Positions 11,400-23,679 of a stretch of 55,679 bases of DNA are shown piece after piece; within the stretch, counting starts at the first letter, position 1, and the number at the start of each line of letters is the position of its first letter. A program made the position numbers and the translations under genes. The notes under the pieces are model-generated. The model worked only from the letters and a program-made list of their open reading frames with translations, made no database searches and was not told the DNA's origin. Source of the stretch: Octopus bimaculoides (lineage: Eukaryota); the NCBI RefSeq assembly GCF_001194135.2, contig NC_068981.1:134524665-134580343 (forward strand). The letters are read 5' to 3'.

Positions 11400-11977
11400 T
11401 TAAATTTGCCAATGAGTTAAGTGGTGATTCTATACCAGGCAATGGATTAAACAGAATTATTCATTCTGACAGACTCCACACAGTATCTGTCTATCACATT
11501 TCATTCACAATACTGTGATCAGTCTGTAGCTTTAAAGTAAAACATCACAGTGTTGCATACTAGGATAAAACCCAAAACTGATAAAACTACACAGCCATAC
11601 CTGTACTCATTTTTATGGCAATTTAAAATAACTGTAATAATGTTTCTGATTTTAATCTCAGATTAAATGTTAAATAATTATATAGTTAAACATCTGACAT
11701 TTGCACAAACCACAAAATATTAGTTTCAATAATTTTTGTTATTTAATAGAGAACTCTTTTTTTAAACATACGATTATATCAAACATGGTTGTGAGTACAT
11801 GTTACTGAATAGCCGAATACGGCAGAAATGCATCTAACATTCTCACCAGCCATTGCTAAGATAATTTTCATCTGTCTCTGATATGTTTTGTGTTTTTAAA
11901 CCCAGCACATCCAAATAAAATATTATCTCAGGACAAATGCCTCAGTAAATTTGCATATTATGATGTATTATGATTTA

Positions 11978-12195
11978 AGGTGGTAAGATGGCAGAACCAT
12001 TACCATGCCAGCAAAAGGTTTAGTGGCATTTCATCCAATATTATGTTCCGAGTTCTAATTCCACTGAGGTCATCTTTACCTTTCATCCTTTTGGGGTCAA
12101 CAATATAAGTACCTGTTGAGCTTTGGGGTTCATGTAGCTGACTTACACTCTCCCCTGAAACTGTTGCTTATGTGCCAAAATTTGAAGCCAATATT
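11978..12195 (+). mobile_element. SINE B
   Basis: TTTACCTTTCATCCTTTTGGGGTCAACAATATAAGTACC domain. Confidence 0.8.
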
Positions 12196-12234
12196 TATTA
12201 ATGATTTATTTATGAATATTTATTTATGATTTAA

Positions 12235-12445
12235 GGCAGCAAGCTGGCAGAAACGTTAGCACGCCAGGCAAAATGCTTAGCAGTATTCCATCTGTCTTTA
12301 CATTCTGAGTTCAAATTCTGCCGAGGTCGACTTTGCCTTTCATTCTTTCAGGGTGGATAAATTAAGTTCCAGTTGCATGCTGGAGTCAATCCAATTGACT
12401 GGACTCCTCCCACAAAATTTTGGGCCTTATGCCTTGAGTAGAAAA
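12235..12445 (+). mobile_element. SINE B with long TSD
   Basis: GAATATTTATTTATGATTTAA identical at 12214-12234 and 12446-12466. Confidence 0.92.
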
Positions 12446-13389
12446 GAATATTTATTTATGATTTAATTAGCAAAAGCAAACTTGAATGTAACAAAAATAA
12501 TCAGTGATATTTCAGCGTCATCTTTACACACCAGGATCTAAGTTTCTAATTGGAATTCATATTGGGATTTACCAATGCTGAGCAGGAATGGTGTGATCAC
12601 ATAGTTGATCCTTGCATCGATGCTTTCATTAGTGGAGTTTAAAAGCAAAGCTTATTGTGTATTTTTCTTTAACTTTTCCTGAAGATATTTTTGTCGTGAG
12701 TGATGAGACCACAGAGTATATGCATTAACAGGGCAGTACCATCTTCACGACATCAGTGGAGGAGATTAAGGCATATTTCAGAATACATTTTTGGGGGAGT
12801 GGGGGTGTTTATGATAGCTGTGTAGCTTCTAAGTTACAGTGATTACTGCAACACAAATTCTGAGACAGGAAATCAATGTTCAGGAATCAGAATCTTGTAA
12901 ATAATATATGAAAGCACCTACATGTAATCAATCTGCTTGTAGTCAACCCACTTTGACAAGTAACAGTGGCATGACAGTAAATATATGTGAAAACACTACA
13001 CTTAATCAACTTGCCTGTATTCAACTTACCTTGGCAGGTGACTGTGACATGTCAACAGGTAAGACTCAACAACAATAACAAGTAAAAGTCACATTTCACA
13101 ATAATCACTAACAATCATTACATCCCATCACTTATTTGCATCCAAATTCATGCAGTAGTTGTATTTTTATGATCTTTATACTGGACTACTTGTGTTTCAT
13201 CAAAATCTCAAAATTTCTTATAGGATTGAGAGATTTATATAGAGAAAGCACTGTAGCAATGTAAGAGTTAACAATATCATAATGACCATAGTTTAAGGCT
13301 CTAAACAGACATAGACTCAGTCTTATCCAAGCCAACAATTACTACAATTACTTCCCCGATGAAAGATAAACAATTAAGGTAAAATAATT

Positions 13390-13630
13390 GTTTCAGTTAT
13401 TGGACTGCAGCCATGTTGGGGCACCTCCTTGAAGTGTTTTCATCAAATAGATTGACCTCAGTACTAATTTTTTTGTTTTGTATAAGTCTGATGCTTGTTC
13501 TATCAGTCTCTTTTGCTGGACAGCTAAGCCACAGGGATGTAAACAAACCAACACCAGTTATGAAGCAATTGGGAGGCGGAGGAGAAACATTGGCACAAAA
13601 GTACAAACACAGACACTCACACACACACAT
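13390..13630 (-). mobile_element. SINE A1 tail
   Basis: GTTTCAGT...GCAGCCATGTTGGGGCACC...GTAAACAAACCAACACCAG. Confidence 0.75.
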
Positions 13631-14184
13631 TATCCAAGAGCAATGCGCTTGAAAAGATTAAATGAAAGCACTCACACACACTAGGAAAAAAACCTTCTTC
13701 CAAAAAGGTTGGTGATATTCTGGAAAAGACTTCATAACTTTTTTTTTTAAAATAACTTTTTAAAAAAGTCCTCTTTATACTCAAAAACTGTATTAAGTAA
13801 TTTTAACAAAGACTTTCAAATATATATATGCTTTCAAAGTGGGCTTCATAACCAAACATGCTTGCACCTAATATATGAATGATGAAATTAGTAAAAAGAA
13901 ATAAAGATACAAACTTAATGGCCATAAAATAAAAGAATTGTGTTTCTGCCAAATATTTTCAAATCTTCATCTAGCACCAAATTACAACATCTCATAGTAG
14001 ATACAGTTATCCAGTAGCATAGCTGAGGGTGAGGGTATGGAGAGTGATCCAACCTGGGTGATGCTTTTGTGGGGGTGACATTTTGTGTCTGTTACATAAG
14101 CTTGTATAGATTGTATTGAAATAAAAGTATTTTTAATGTCAGTACACAATCTAGTTAATTATCTATTTTTCTATATATATATAT

Positions 14185-14945
14185 ATGATGATGGCCGTCC
14201 ACTCGTGACCGAGGAAGACCATTGCTGACCTTCAGGAACATTGTGCACTCTAGGACTAACTTATATTTTGCATTTGCGGCTCCGTTGGTGGCTAATGAGC
14301 CCTGCTCTTGACAAGCATACACGACTGCAAACATTGCAGACCAAGCTTTTCCCATTCACTATACAAGCCGTGTGCTTTCACACAGCTCGCTTAAGTTCTT
14401 CATACTGGATACGTACTCTCTCAAAAGTGTCGATCTCCTCCTTAACCTGCTTCCTCCATCTGTGGCGATGACTGGCATTGTTCTCCCAGTCAGTGTCCTG
14501 CATATCACAGGCGTTTAATAAGGACTTAACAGTCCTTAAAGCGCAGCCTTGGTTTCTGCCGGAGTCTGCTTCCATTCACAAGTTCTCCATATAACATCTG
14601 CTTTGGAATCCTGCTATCCTTCATTCTAATAAGGTGTCCAGTCCAACGTAACCAGTGCTTGTGCACCATGGCCTCAATACTCAAGATATCAGCTGTCCTC
14701 AGGATCTGTGTCTGGAATTTTTGAGGTCCAGCCAACATTGAGAATGTGCCTGAGACATCTCTGATGAAAGCGTTCAAGGGCCCTTACCTGACGTTTGTAC
14801 AGAGAACATGTCTCACATGAGTAGAGGAGCGATGTTAGTACATAAGCATGATACAAAGCAACTTTTGTTTGCCTTGCTATGCCATGCTAGGACCAGACAC
14901 GAGACTGAAGAGACCAGAAGGAATTAGTTGCTCTCTGTAACCTGA
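14185..14945 (-). mobile_element. 5-prime-truncated RTE/BovB-like LINE (ORF C-terminus plus 3-prime UTR), disrupted
   Basis: Translates to TKVALYHAYVLTSLLYSCET..LERFHQRCLRHIL..WLRWTGHLIRMKDSRIPKQMLYGEL..KPRLRFKD..CSRVCLSRAGLISH, with frameshifts and stops; (CAT)n tail; (TA)n on both flanks. Confidence 0.92.
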
Positions 14946-14968
14946 AAGATATTTCCTTATCCTCATGA

Positions 14969-15003
<35 letters not shown>

Positions 15004-15291
15004 GATAGATAGATAGAAACATACGCACACACACATACACATATTTGTATAGCTTTAAGAGGGAATTACTGTGCAATATGTTTTAGTTTTTGTGGGGTCC
15101 AGAAGTGGAACAGAGCAAACTAAAGGGCTGTACCTGCTGTTATCTTGAGATTTTCTCATGTAAGATTTCTGTTAAACATGTAACATTTACATAAAGAAAA
15201 TCTTTTTTCCTTTCTATACCTCAACAGGTGAAGCAGCTTATAGACATTATTTGTAAATATATAAGAAATTCCTTTATTTATGGACATCTAG

Positions 15292-15470
15292 AGAAAGCTT
15301 ATGACTGAGTGATTTGGTTTTATTGTTTCATGATCGTAAGGTCTTGTGTTCAATTTCTAGACAGAGCAATACATTGTGTCCTTGAGTAAGGTACTTCATT
15401 TCTCATTGCTCCAGTCTACTGTACTGAAAATTAGTACCACCCAAGTAGTGCTGTAACCCTCTCTCCCTTC
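15292..15470 (+). mobile_element. SINE C
   Basis: CATGATCGTAAGG...GTGTCCTTGAGTAAGGTACTTCATTTC...TGCTCCAGTC. Confidence 0.75.
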
Positions 15471-16644
15471 AGTTGTCACATGACTAGTATTCCACTTGAT
15501 CAAGGATGAGAGAACTGAGACTGTCTATGTTTGCTTGTGACTACATAGATACAGGAAACAGTTAGCAAAAGCAAGGTACATATTGCCAAGTTGTATTTGC
15601 TTATGAGTAATGGCTATTTTCTAATATATGGACACTTGTTTTGTGTGTGTGTGTGTGCGTGCGTGTGTGTGTGTGTGCGTGCGTGTGCGTGTGTGTGTGT
15701 TCTTTCACTAGTTAATGCTCACACATTAAACAGAAAAAGTGATTTTTTCAGTTTTGTAATTATCAGCTTCTTAAATTGATAAACTTATTTGGAGAAACTT
15801 CAAAGTTACAGTCATATTTACTGTTTTAAGATTGTACATTTTACAGTCTTTTCTCCAGTTGATATTTCTAATGTTTCTGGTCTTAAGAATACATGCACAC
15901 ATACACACACACATATATGTGTGTGTGTTGGTATATATGTTTGTGTGCTATATGTGCACACACATGTATACATGCACATATAGATAATATAGATATATGC
16001 ATTTTGTTCTTCAGGTTACAACTTGAAAATGTTTCATTTGTAGATTAACACAGCTACATCCAAATTCTATACGGTATGGTTTGTAGACTCCTTAACCTTA
16101 CAGCTAAAGATATCTGTGTCATATGTGTATGTGGTGTTTATCTTGGCTGTAAATTAATTTTAAGTTTCATTTATAATGGTATAAAATTAGTGCCATGAGA
16201 AGTATTTTAGTGAGAAAGCTAAGAGACAAGTAAACAACTAGCTAAGAAGACAGTATTTTGTGATCTTTCCTTGGCATTGCATTATGCCTGTAACCAGGAC
16301 ACATAGCTATAAAATGGTAACACAGGTTATTGATAGCTCATTTCTTGAAGCAGTGACAAACCTGCTGATTTTACAAATAATTTATTAGGTGGCAGTTGAC
16401 AGGTTTGACTCCTGTGGTAATGTGTGTTACTCATATAAAATGGTTACTAAAATGGCATTTTTTGTCTCTGTATTGTTGGTGCAGGCATGGTTGTGTGATA
16501 AAGTCTACTTCTCAATTGTGTGGTTTTGGGTGCAGCACTTTTGACAAATATTTCTAATATAGCCCTGACCAACTGATGCCTTTTAAGTGAGTTTGGTTGA
16601 CAGAAACTGTACAGAATTTTCTCGTGTGTGTGTGTGTGTGTGTA

Positions 16645-16830
16645 AGGGAGCAAACTGGCAGAATTGTCAGTATGTCAGACAAAATGCTTAGCAGCGTTTC
16701 TTCTGGTTCTCTATATTCTGAGTTCAAATCATTCTAAGGTTAACTTCACCTTTCATCCTTTTGGAGTCAGTAAAATAAAGTACAAGTCAAGTACTCAGAT
16801 CAATGTAATCAACTTGCCTTCTTCCCTCAA
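16645..16830 (+). mobile_element. SINE B
   Basis: CTGGCAGAATTGTCAG...GAGTTCAAAT...CTTTCATCCTTTTGGAGTC. Confidence 0.8.
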
Positions 16831-17499
16831 AATTGCTGGCCTCGACCCCTGCAATGGGGCTCAAGAGAGTTATTTTGTGATCTCTGTCATTTATATACAC
16901 CATGGAAACTGAATAACTTGTCTTATGAGTTCTAAGACTCAAGGAAAAAAAAATTTTATGTATGTGTGAATGTCAACATTCTGTGCTTTGTATGAAAAAG
17001 AAAGCACTTGGCTACAAATGTTGTTATTTGTTGCTAGTTCCTTGTCCACAAATCATCAGCTCTGTGCTTTCAAGATGAGTGAAATGAAAAATTCCTTATT
17101 TAAAAAACAAGTAAGATAAATGACAAGAAGGGCATCCAGCTGGAAAAAATTGTCTCAGTATATATTTGTCTAACCCACGGAAAAACAAATACAAAATGAA
17201 TAAATAAACGAATTCATTTTATGGTGTTTGGTTTTATTGCTGTGATGACATCTGAATTTTTAAAATGCCTCAAATAATAAGTGTAAGATTTCCAAGTTCA
17301 GTAAAATATTTGCTAATTTAAATAATATTTCTATTAAACAGGTTGATATTTGAACTGAAAATTGATTGCAGCAATCAGAGATAATTTTTTTTTAAATTGG
17401 CAGCATTCATTTCATTTTATACTTTTTTATTCCAGCCAAGATAAATATCATTTTCCACTGATTTAATAGAGAGTAAAAAATTAATTTGTTATTATTTTC

Positions 17500-17760
17500 T
17501 ATGGAAAGAACATATTGAGGTTAGTCATGAGAGAAAGCTTACTAAATACTAGGAGCTGGTACAGATATGCAGAAAATAAGGGCTGGCAGGCTTGTTGTGA
17601 GGCAAATGATGTAGGTTGCAAAGAATTTATAAGTATTTATTCTGCAAAGCCTTGATTCAGCTTGGAGTTACTAGTGTGGCAAAAAAGAATGCCATAAATT
17701 CCATCAATGAAGTTACCGGAAAAGCCACTAGGTAGCTTTGATAAAGAGGATAGAGCAGTA
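17500..17760 (+). mobile_element. Hero/R2-clade LINE remnant (restriction-like endonuclease C-terminus)
   Basis: With frameshifts: WKEHIEVSHERKLTKY*ELV..KGWQACCEANDVGCKEF..CKALIQLGVTSVAKKNAINSINEVTGKATR*L*IKR, similar to the ERKxxKY..GW...EVGCRGF..EKASRWLWIKR pattern. Confidence 0.75.
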
Positions 17761-18459
17761 GCTTACAGCTACTGGGATGCAAGCTGAGACTTGATCAATC
17801 ACAGCTAAGTCAACCAGGTTAGGGGATCTGATGTTGAAAGACCCAAAACCCACTAAGATCTTAGAAACATCACTGATGAGGTATCCCTGTGCATTCAGGA
17901 GATGTATCTTGGAGCAAAAAGGTTTAATTCCATGATTATGATTAATATCATGTTACATTTGTTTTTGTCATTTAGCCATTAGTAAGCTTTGGTTGAGCAG
18001 ACTTATGATGAAAGCATTCTATACTTAACCCATCTTTTTTTCTTATTTCTTTTAGAAACATAGTATTTGAGGGCCACATAATCCAGCTTTTTTTTTTTTT
18101 TTTTTTTGGATGATACGGTATGATTTGAAAGAGATTTGGCTGTTATATCTTGTAACTTAAGAGACTATGTGGAGGTTCTCTGATATAGCATGTTTTAAGA
18201 CAATTTAAGGAACTTTGGCATGCTTCAGCTAGTAGCAACCAGTTCTGATGTTGCTCTTTGCTGCAATATCATACAAAGAAGGAAAATTCATATGATGTAA
18301 TGCACTTTTTAAAAAACATTTAAAGTAGTTCTTTGTTTTTACATTTTTTTAGATATTAGAATTTGTTCTCTTCAACGAGAATTTCAAATTTCATGAAGCT
18401 GTTTTCTGCAACACCTAAAATTATAATATTTTATCCCCCAACAAATTTTGAACTCTATG

Positions 18460-19140
18460 GCTGTGTAGTAAAGAATTTTATTTCCCAACTGTGTGGTTTG
18501 GGGTTCAGTCCCCCAATATGACATCTTGAATAAGTGTCTTCTATAATAGCCCAGGGTTAACCAAAGCTTTGTTAGCAGATCTGATAGTCAAAAAGTGAAA
18601 GAAACCTTTAGGCACAGGAGTGGCTGTGTGATAAGTAGCTTGCTTACCAACCACCTGGTTCCGGGTTCAGTTTCACTGCCTGGCACCTTGGGCAAGTGTC
18701 TTCTGCTATAGCCTCAGGCCGACCAAAGCCTTGTGAGTGGATTTGGTAGACGGAAACTGAAAGAAGCCTATTGTATGTATGCTTGTATGTCTGTGTTTGT
18801 CCCCCCAACATTGCTTGACAACCAATGCTGGTGTGTTTACATCCCTGTAACTTAGCGGTTCGGCAACAGTGACTGTTAGAATAAGTACTAGGCTTACAAA
18901 AAATAAGTCCTGGGGCCAATTTGCTCGATTAAAGGCGGTGCTCCAGCATGGCCACTGTCAAATGACTGAAACAAGTAAAAGAATAAAAGAATATATGTAA
19001 ATTTGTTTGTGCTTAGGTGTTTGCTTGTGTCTTGTTGCTTTGACATTGTGAGATAGCCGTAAATGAGTTTCACTATCATACAAGTGGTGTTATTCATTTC
19101 CAGTCCTCTGTGAAGGCATGTCTGGCTATAGGAAAATATT
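18460..19140 (+). mobile_element. Old SINE A2 interrupted by a nested SINE A1
   Basis: A head and body at 18460-18607 resume as the A2 3-prime half at about 19000-19140. Confidence 0.7.
18610..18990 (+). mobile_element. SINE A1, full length and young
   Basis: GGCACAGGAGTGGCTGTGTG...GGTTCAGT...TGACTGAAACAAGTAAAAGAATAAAAGAA with CpGs retained. Confidence 0.92.
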
Positions 19141-19613
19141 TAGTAGACAAATTCCACCCACCCCATGCAAACACAGAGTGCTAGAAAGAAGGAAATGCAG
19201 AATGAGAACTTTATCATTCAAGCTGTGATAAAAGAACTTTGTCAGATCAATTAGTCAATCAATTAATTGACAAATCTAATTAATAATAAAACTGATGACG
19301 TATCTTGGAGCAAAAAAGTTTTAATTCCCTGATTATGATTAATATAATGTTACGCTTGTTGCTGTCATTTAGCCCCAAGTTAGCCTTGGTTGAGTAGGCC
19401 AATGATGAAAGCATTTTATTCTTAACCCATCTTTCTTGTGTGGGACATAACCACCTCATATGTTTTATTGGCAGTATGAGTCTCCTAACATACATCAATA
19501 TGTGTGCCAACTCACAATTGCACTTCAAGAACTTCTCATATCAAATACAAAAATATAACTGCATTATAATAATAACTTTCCCCCTTTTTTTCTTGTTTTT
19601 CTTTTTATTTTAG

Positions 19614-19667
19614 ATTCAATTGAAATATTTGTTCCTTTATTTATTTACAGATTTATAAAATACAAGG
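19614..19667 (+). CDS. Candidate exon (54 nt, phase 1-1): SIEIFVPLFIYRFIKYK; a 17-nt microexon 19651-19667 is an alternative
   Basis: Long polypyrimidine acceptor ...CTTTTTATTTTAG; donor AGG|GTAATT; very AT-rich, so a chance match is plausible. Confidence 0.25.
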
Positions 19668-20559
19668 GTAATTATTTCAAAATAATTACTCCTTTTTCAT
19701 TACGTGAAAATTTTAAAAAATTCAAAAGTTATCTCTTAACAAGCAGATATTTTCAGCAATACAACAGATGTCTGAATTACTTAGCACCTGATTTGTATTC
19801 TTCAAAAATTTGAATAAATAAAAGCATACAGCTATCTTGCTATCAATGTTTATTATCATCTGTTTATTTGATCTGAACCTGCAAACACTTTTACTTGTTG
19901 GAAATCTAGTAATAATCATCTATCACATGTATTTTATGTAAATACTTTGTGTAAATATTTTCCTCAACAATATTCATGTGGGCTTTTTATCATTTTCACA
20001 AATTTGTGCGCATTGTTTGTTTTCCTTAAATATTTGTATAGGACTGATCTTAGACTGCACATCAGTAGCTATTTTTCTGCAAGAAAGAATAATGTAGTTT
20101 GTTCAGAAATACATCAAAAACTCAGATGTAGTATTTAAAATGATAAATACAGCCAGCCGTTGTAATTTGTGCAGTTTCACATATAGACTAAGAAAGAAGC
20201 ATTTTGATGAGTAAAGGAAGGTCCTAAAACACTCAGATGAAAGAGCAGAGAAGTGAAGTTTTTTTTATGCTCCTAGGACTGAAAGAGTTCATATGCACAG
20301 CATATGCAGTCTTAATTACAAGCTGTGGTTGCTTCTCCAGTCAGTATCATTGCATCTAAATGTCTTTCTTGTGTCTGTGAAACTTGTTGTAACGTAGATG
20401 TGAATCAAATTGTTAATACAAATATCTAACCTTTGAAACTTGTGTTGCATCCTCTTTCCTTTTGTTTGTACATCTATCTGTGTGTATTCACACACACAGA
20501 CACACATTTGAAGGTTATGTTATGCGATGCCATTTTTTATTTCTATATTTTAAACCAAT

Positions 20560-20942
20560 GAAAGGTGTATGCTGTGTGTTATGAAGTTTACTTCCCAACC
20601 ATATGGTTTCAGGTTCAGTCTCACTGCATGACATGGGTAACTGTCATCTACTTCAGCTCTGGGCTGACCAAGATGTGAGTGGATTTGGTAGACAAAAACT
20701 GAAGGAAGTTAATCATAAGTCTGTTTGTATGCATGTTTGTGTTTCCTTACCTTCTTATCGTAAATGAGTGTCATTCATTTCAAGTATTTTGTGGAAACAT
20801 GTTTGGCCATATAGAAATATTACCTTGCTAGGAAACAGGTGAGGGTTGGCAACAGGAAAGGCACCCAGCTATAGAAAATCTGCCTCAGTAAACTCCACTC
20901 GACCCATGCAAGCATGGAAAAGTGAGCATTAAAGTGATGATG
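20560..20942 (+). mobile_element. SINE A2, full length
   Basis: A head plus GGAAACAGGTGAGGGTTGGCAACAGGAAAGGCACCCAGC tail ending GATGATG. Confidence 0.85.
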
Positions 20943-21564
20943 GCAGCAGTGGTGTTGTTGCTGAATTCAGACAAGTCTATAAATATGTACATTTTAAATA
21001 ACCATATAATACTTTTCCAAATTTGAAATACTGTTTTGTCACTTAAAAAAAGTATCCCTCTATTGATAATGAATGCTTAATAATTTTAACATTGTTGCAA
21101 TTTTGTAGGCTTTTGTGAAGCCTCCATATCTATTTTCTGGTTTGATTTTGACTTCTAATCTCATAGGGAAAGTGTTAACTTTCCTTAGTAACACTGAATA
21201 TTGTCAACTTCTATACATGCAAGTCTTCAGTTAGCATCAGACATCATTTCACGTACACTTCATTTTCATTTGTTTTACCTGCTATGAATATTATTTTAAT
21301 CATCAACAACAACAAACAGAATGTTATGAAGATATTAGTACTATTGAAGTACCCCTACTTGTATGTTAGTTAGGTTTCAAGTATGGAGTCAAGTATTAAC
21401 TTGAATTCTAGACTGATCAAAGTACTCCTTCCTTGTTCTACGACTTTAAGTAAATTTTCTTAAGATAACAGGCAAAAAGAATGTTTATTTAATTATTTAT
21501 TTAATTATATTTTTATTAAATACCTTGTGGTATGAATTTCATGTGTCATTCTACATAAGGTCTT

Positions 21565-21782
21565 CAGGCAATGAGCTGGCAGAAATCTTAGCACAGCGGG
21601 CGAAATGCTTAGCAGTATTTCATCTGTCTTTATGTTCTGAGTTCAAATTCCGCCGAGATTGACTTTGCTTTTCATCCTTTTGGGGTCAATAAATTAAGTA
21701 CCATTTGCGTACTGGAGTCGATCTAATTGACTGGCCCCCTCCCCAAAAATTTTGGGCCGTGTGCCTAGAGTAGAGAAGATTA
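21565..21782 (+). mobile_element. SINE B with 13-bp TSD
   Basis: TACATAAGGTCTT at 21552-21564 and 21783-21795. Confidence 0.92.
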
Positions 21783-22383
21783 TACATAAGGTCTTATTTT
21801 AGTTGCATACTTCTAAGAATTATGTATGGTGGATTTTTAAAGCATAACTAATATAAATAGCCAAATTAAACAATCTTCTGAGAGGGGTTATTGCATTATG
21901 CAACTGTGTAATAAGCTAAAAAAATTACAAATGTCACTGTCTAAGAAAAACAAAACAAAACAAAAATAAACACTTAATAAAAGTATTCCATTTACTACAC
22001 TTTTTTTTAGTTTTTTATACTTTATGTGTGAAAAGTATGATATTGTTACTCATGTCATTAGTAGAGAAGAAATTTTGACCTTTATAAATCCTATAATTAA
22101 AAGTAATTAATTCCTTAGTAAATTATTTTAATTTTTCTTCTGTGCTGTTCAGAATTTATTTGTTAATTAAGATGATAATCAATGTCACATCCCTTTATTA
22201 ATAGCCAAATGTAATGCCTTCATCTCAACAGCTGTTCACTGATTTTTCTAAATTTATGTGGATATGAGTGAGTATTCAGTTAGATAAAGAGTTGAAAATT
22301 CAGATTTCATTATTGGTGTCTGGCAAAGTCAATGATTCACTCCAACTCTTTACAAATAAATTCCATAGGGAGGTACATCTCAC

Positions 22384-22462
22384 CTATGTAAGTAACCACC
22401 AAGGACATTGTACAACTGATTTTGTTAGCTTGCAGTTTTTGCATTGAAATTTTCGCATGGTT
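22384..22462 (-). other. Candidate exon (79 nt); open frame NHAKISMQKLQANKISCTMSLVVTYI
   Basis: Acceptor TGTATTTTTCTCACTGCTTTTCTTCAG; donor TAG|GTGAGA; product not recognised. Confidence 0.25.
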
Positions 22463-22859
22463 CTGAAGAAAAGCAGTGAGAAAAATACATTCTGTTTCTA
22501 ACTTGTCTTTCCTACCAGCTGCTTATCACCTCCACTGAAATAAATAGAGCAATCACTCCTAGACAGACTGACAGCTTTGATTATGAGATGCTAAATAATT
22601 GATAGTTTGTTATGCTTGCTTGAGATTCTGAGTTATATAAAATATTTACTGTCACTTTTTTTTTTTAATGTCTTTATGTTGTTTTCCATGTTTATCATGG
22701 TTTATGTTAGTTTGCAATACAGCATGTCTTTCTGTGTATTAAAGCTTATATCATATCATCTGTTAGACTATAAGGCTTAACCTTCTTATATTTCACCTGG
22801 CCATTTCCTTCAAAGCTAGTCTTCATCTATCATTATCATTGGTACTGCTTCACTCACAT

Positions 22860-23248
22860 CATTTCATACAATATCATCATTAAACATCCACGATGATGAT
22901 GTTCCAATGGTTTTGAATGGTTTGACAGGATTCTCTGGATCAAAGGACTGTATCGTGCTCCAGTGTCTACTTTGCCATGGTTTCTATGGTCAGGTGTTTT
23001 TCCTAATGTTAACCTGTGATATATATTGGTTTCAAATTTTGGCACAAAATCAGCAAGTTCAGTGGGAAGGGATAAGTCGATTACATCGATCCCAGTGTTC
23101 AACTGATTACTTATTTTATTGACCTCAAAAAGATGAAAGGCAAAATTGATTGACCATGGCAAAATTTAACTTAGAACATAAAAAGGAACAAACTACTACT
23201 AAGCGTCTTGCCCAGCATGCTAATGATACTGCCTGTTCACTGCCTTAA
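22860..23248 (-). mobile_element. Degenerate D/A2 tail (22860-23000) plus SINE B (23022-23248)
   Basis: Homology to the other copies in this window. Confidence 0.75.
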
Positions 23249-23335
23249 CCTGTAATATATATTGACATATTACAAACGAGCATATATTTACCCTACATAG
23301 ATCAGCCAATACATTTGATATTTAAGCAAGTTACA

Positions 23336-23568
23336 GGCACAGGAATGGCTGTGTGGTAAGTAGCTTGCTTACCAACCACATGGTTCTGGGTTCAGTCTTA
23401 CTGTGTGGCACTTTGGGCAAGTGTCTTTTACTATAGCCTCGGGCCAACCAAAGCCTTGTGAGTGGATTTGGTAGACGGAAACTGAAAGAAGCCTATCATN
23501 NNNNNNNNNNNNNNNNNNNNNNNNNNNNNNNNNNNNNNNNNNNNNNNNNNNNNNNNNNNNNNNNNNNN

Positions 23569-23621
<53 letters not shown>

Positions 23622-23642
23622 TATATATATATACACACACAA

Positions 23643-23679
<37 letters not shown>

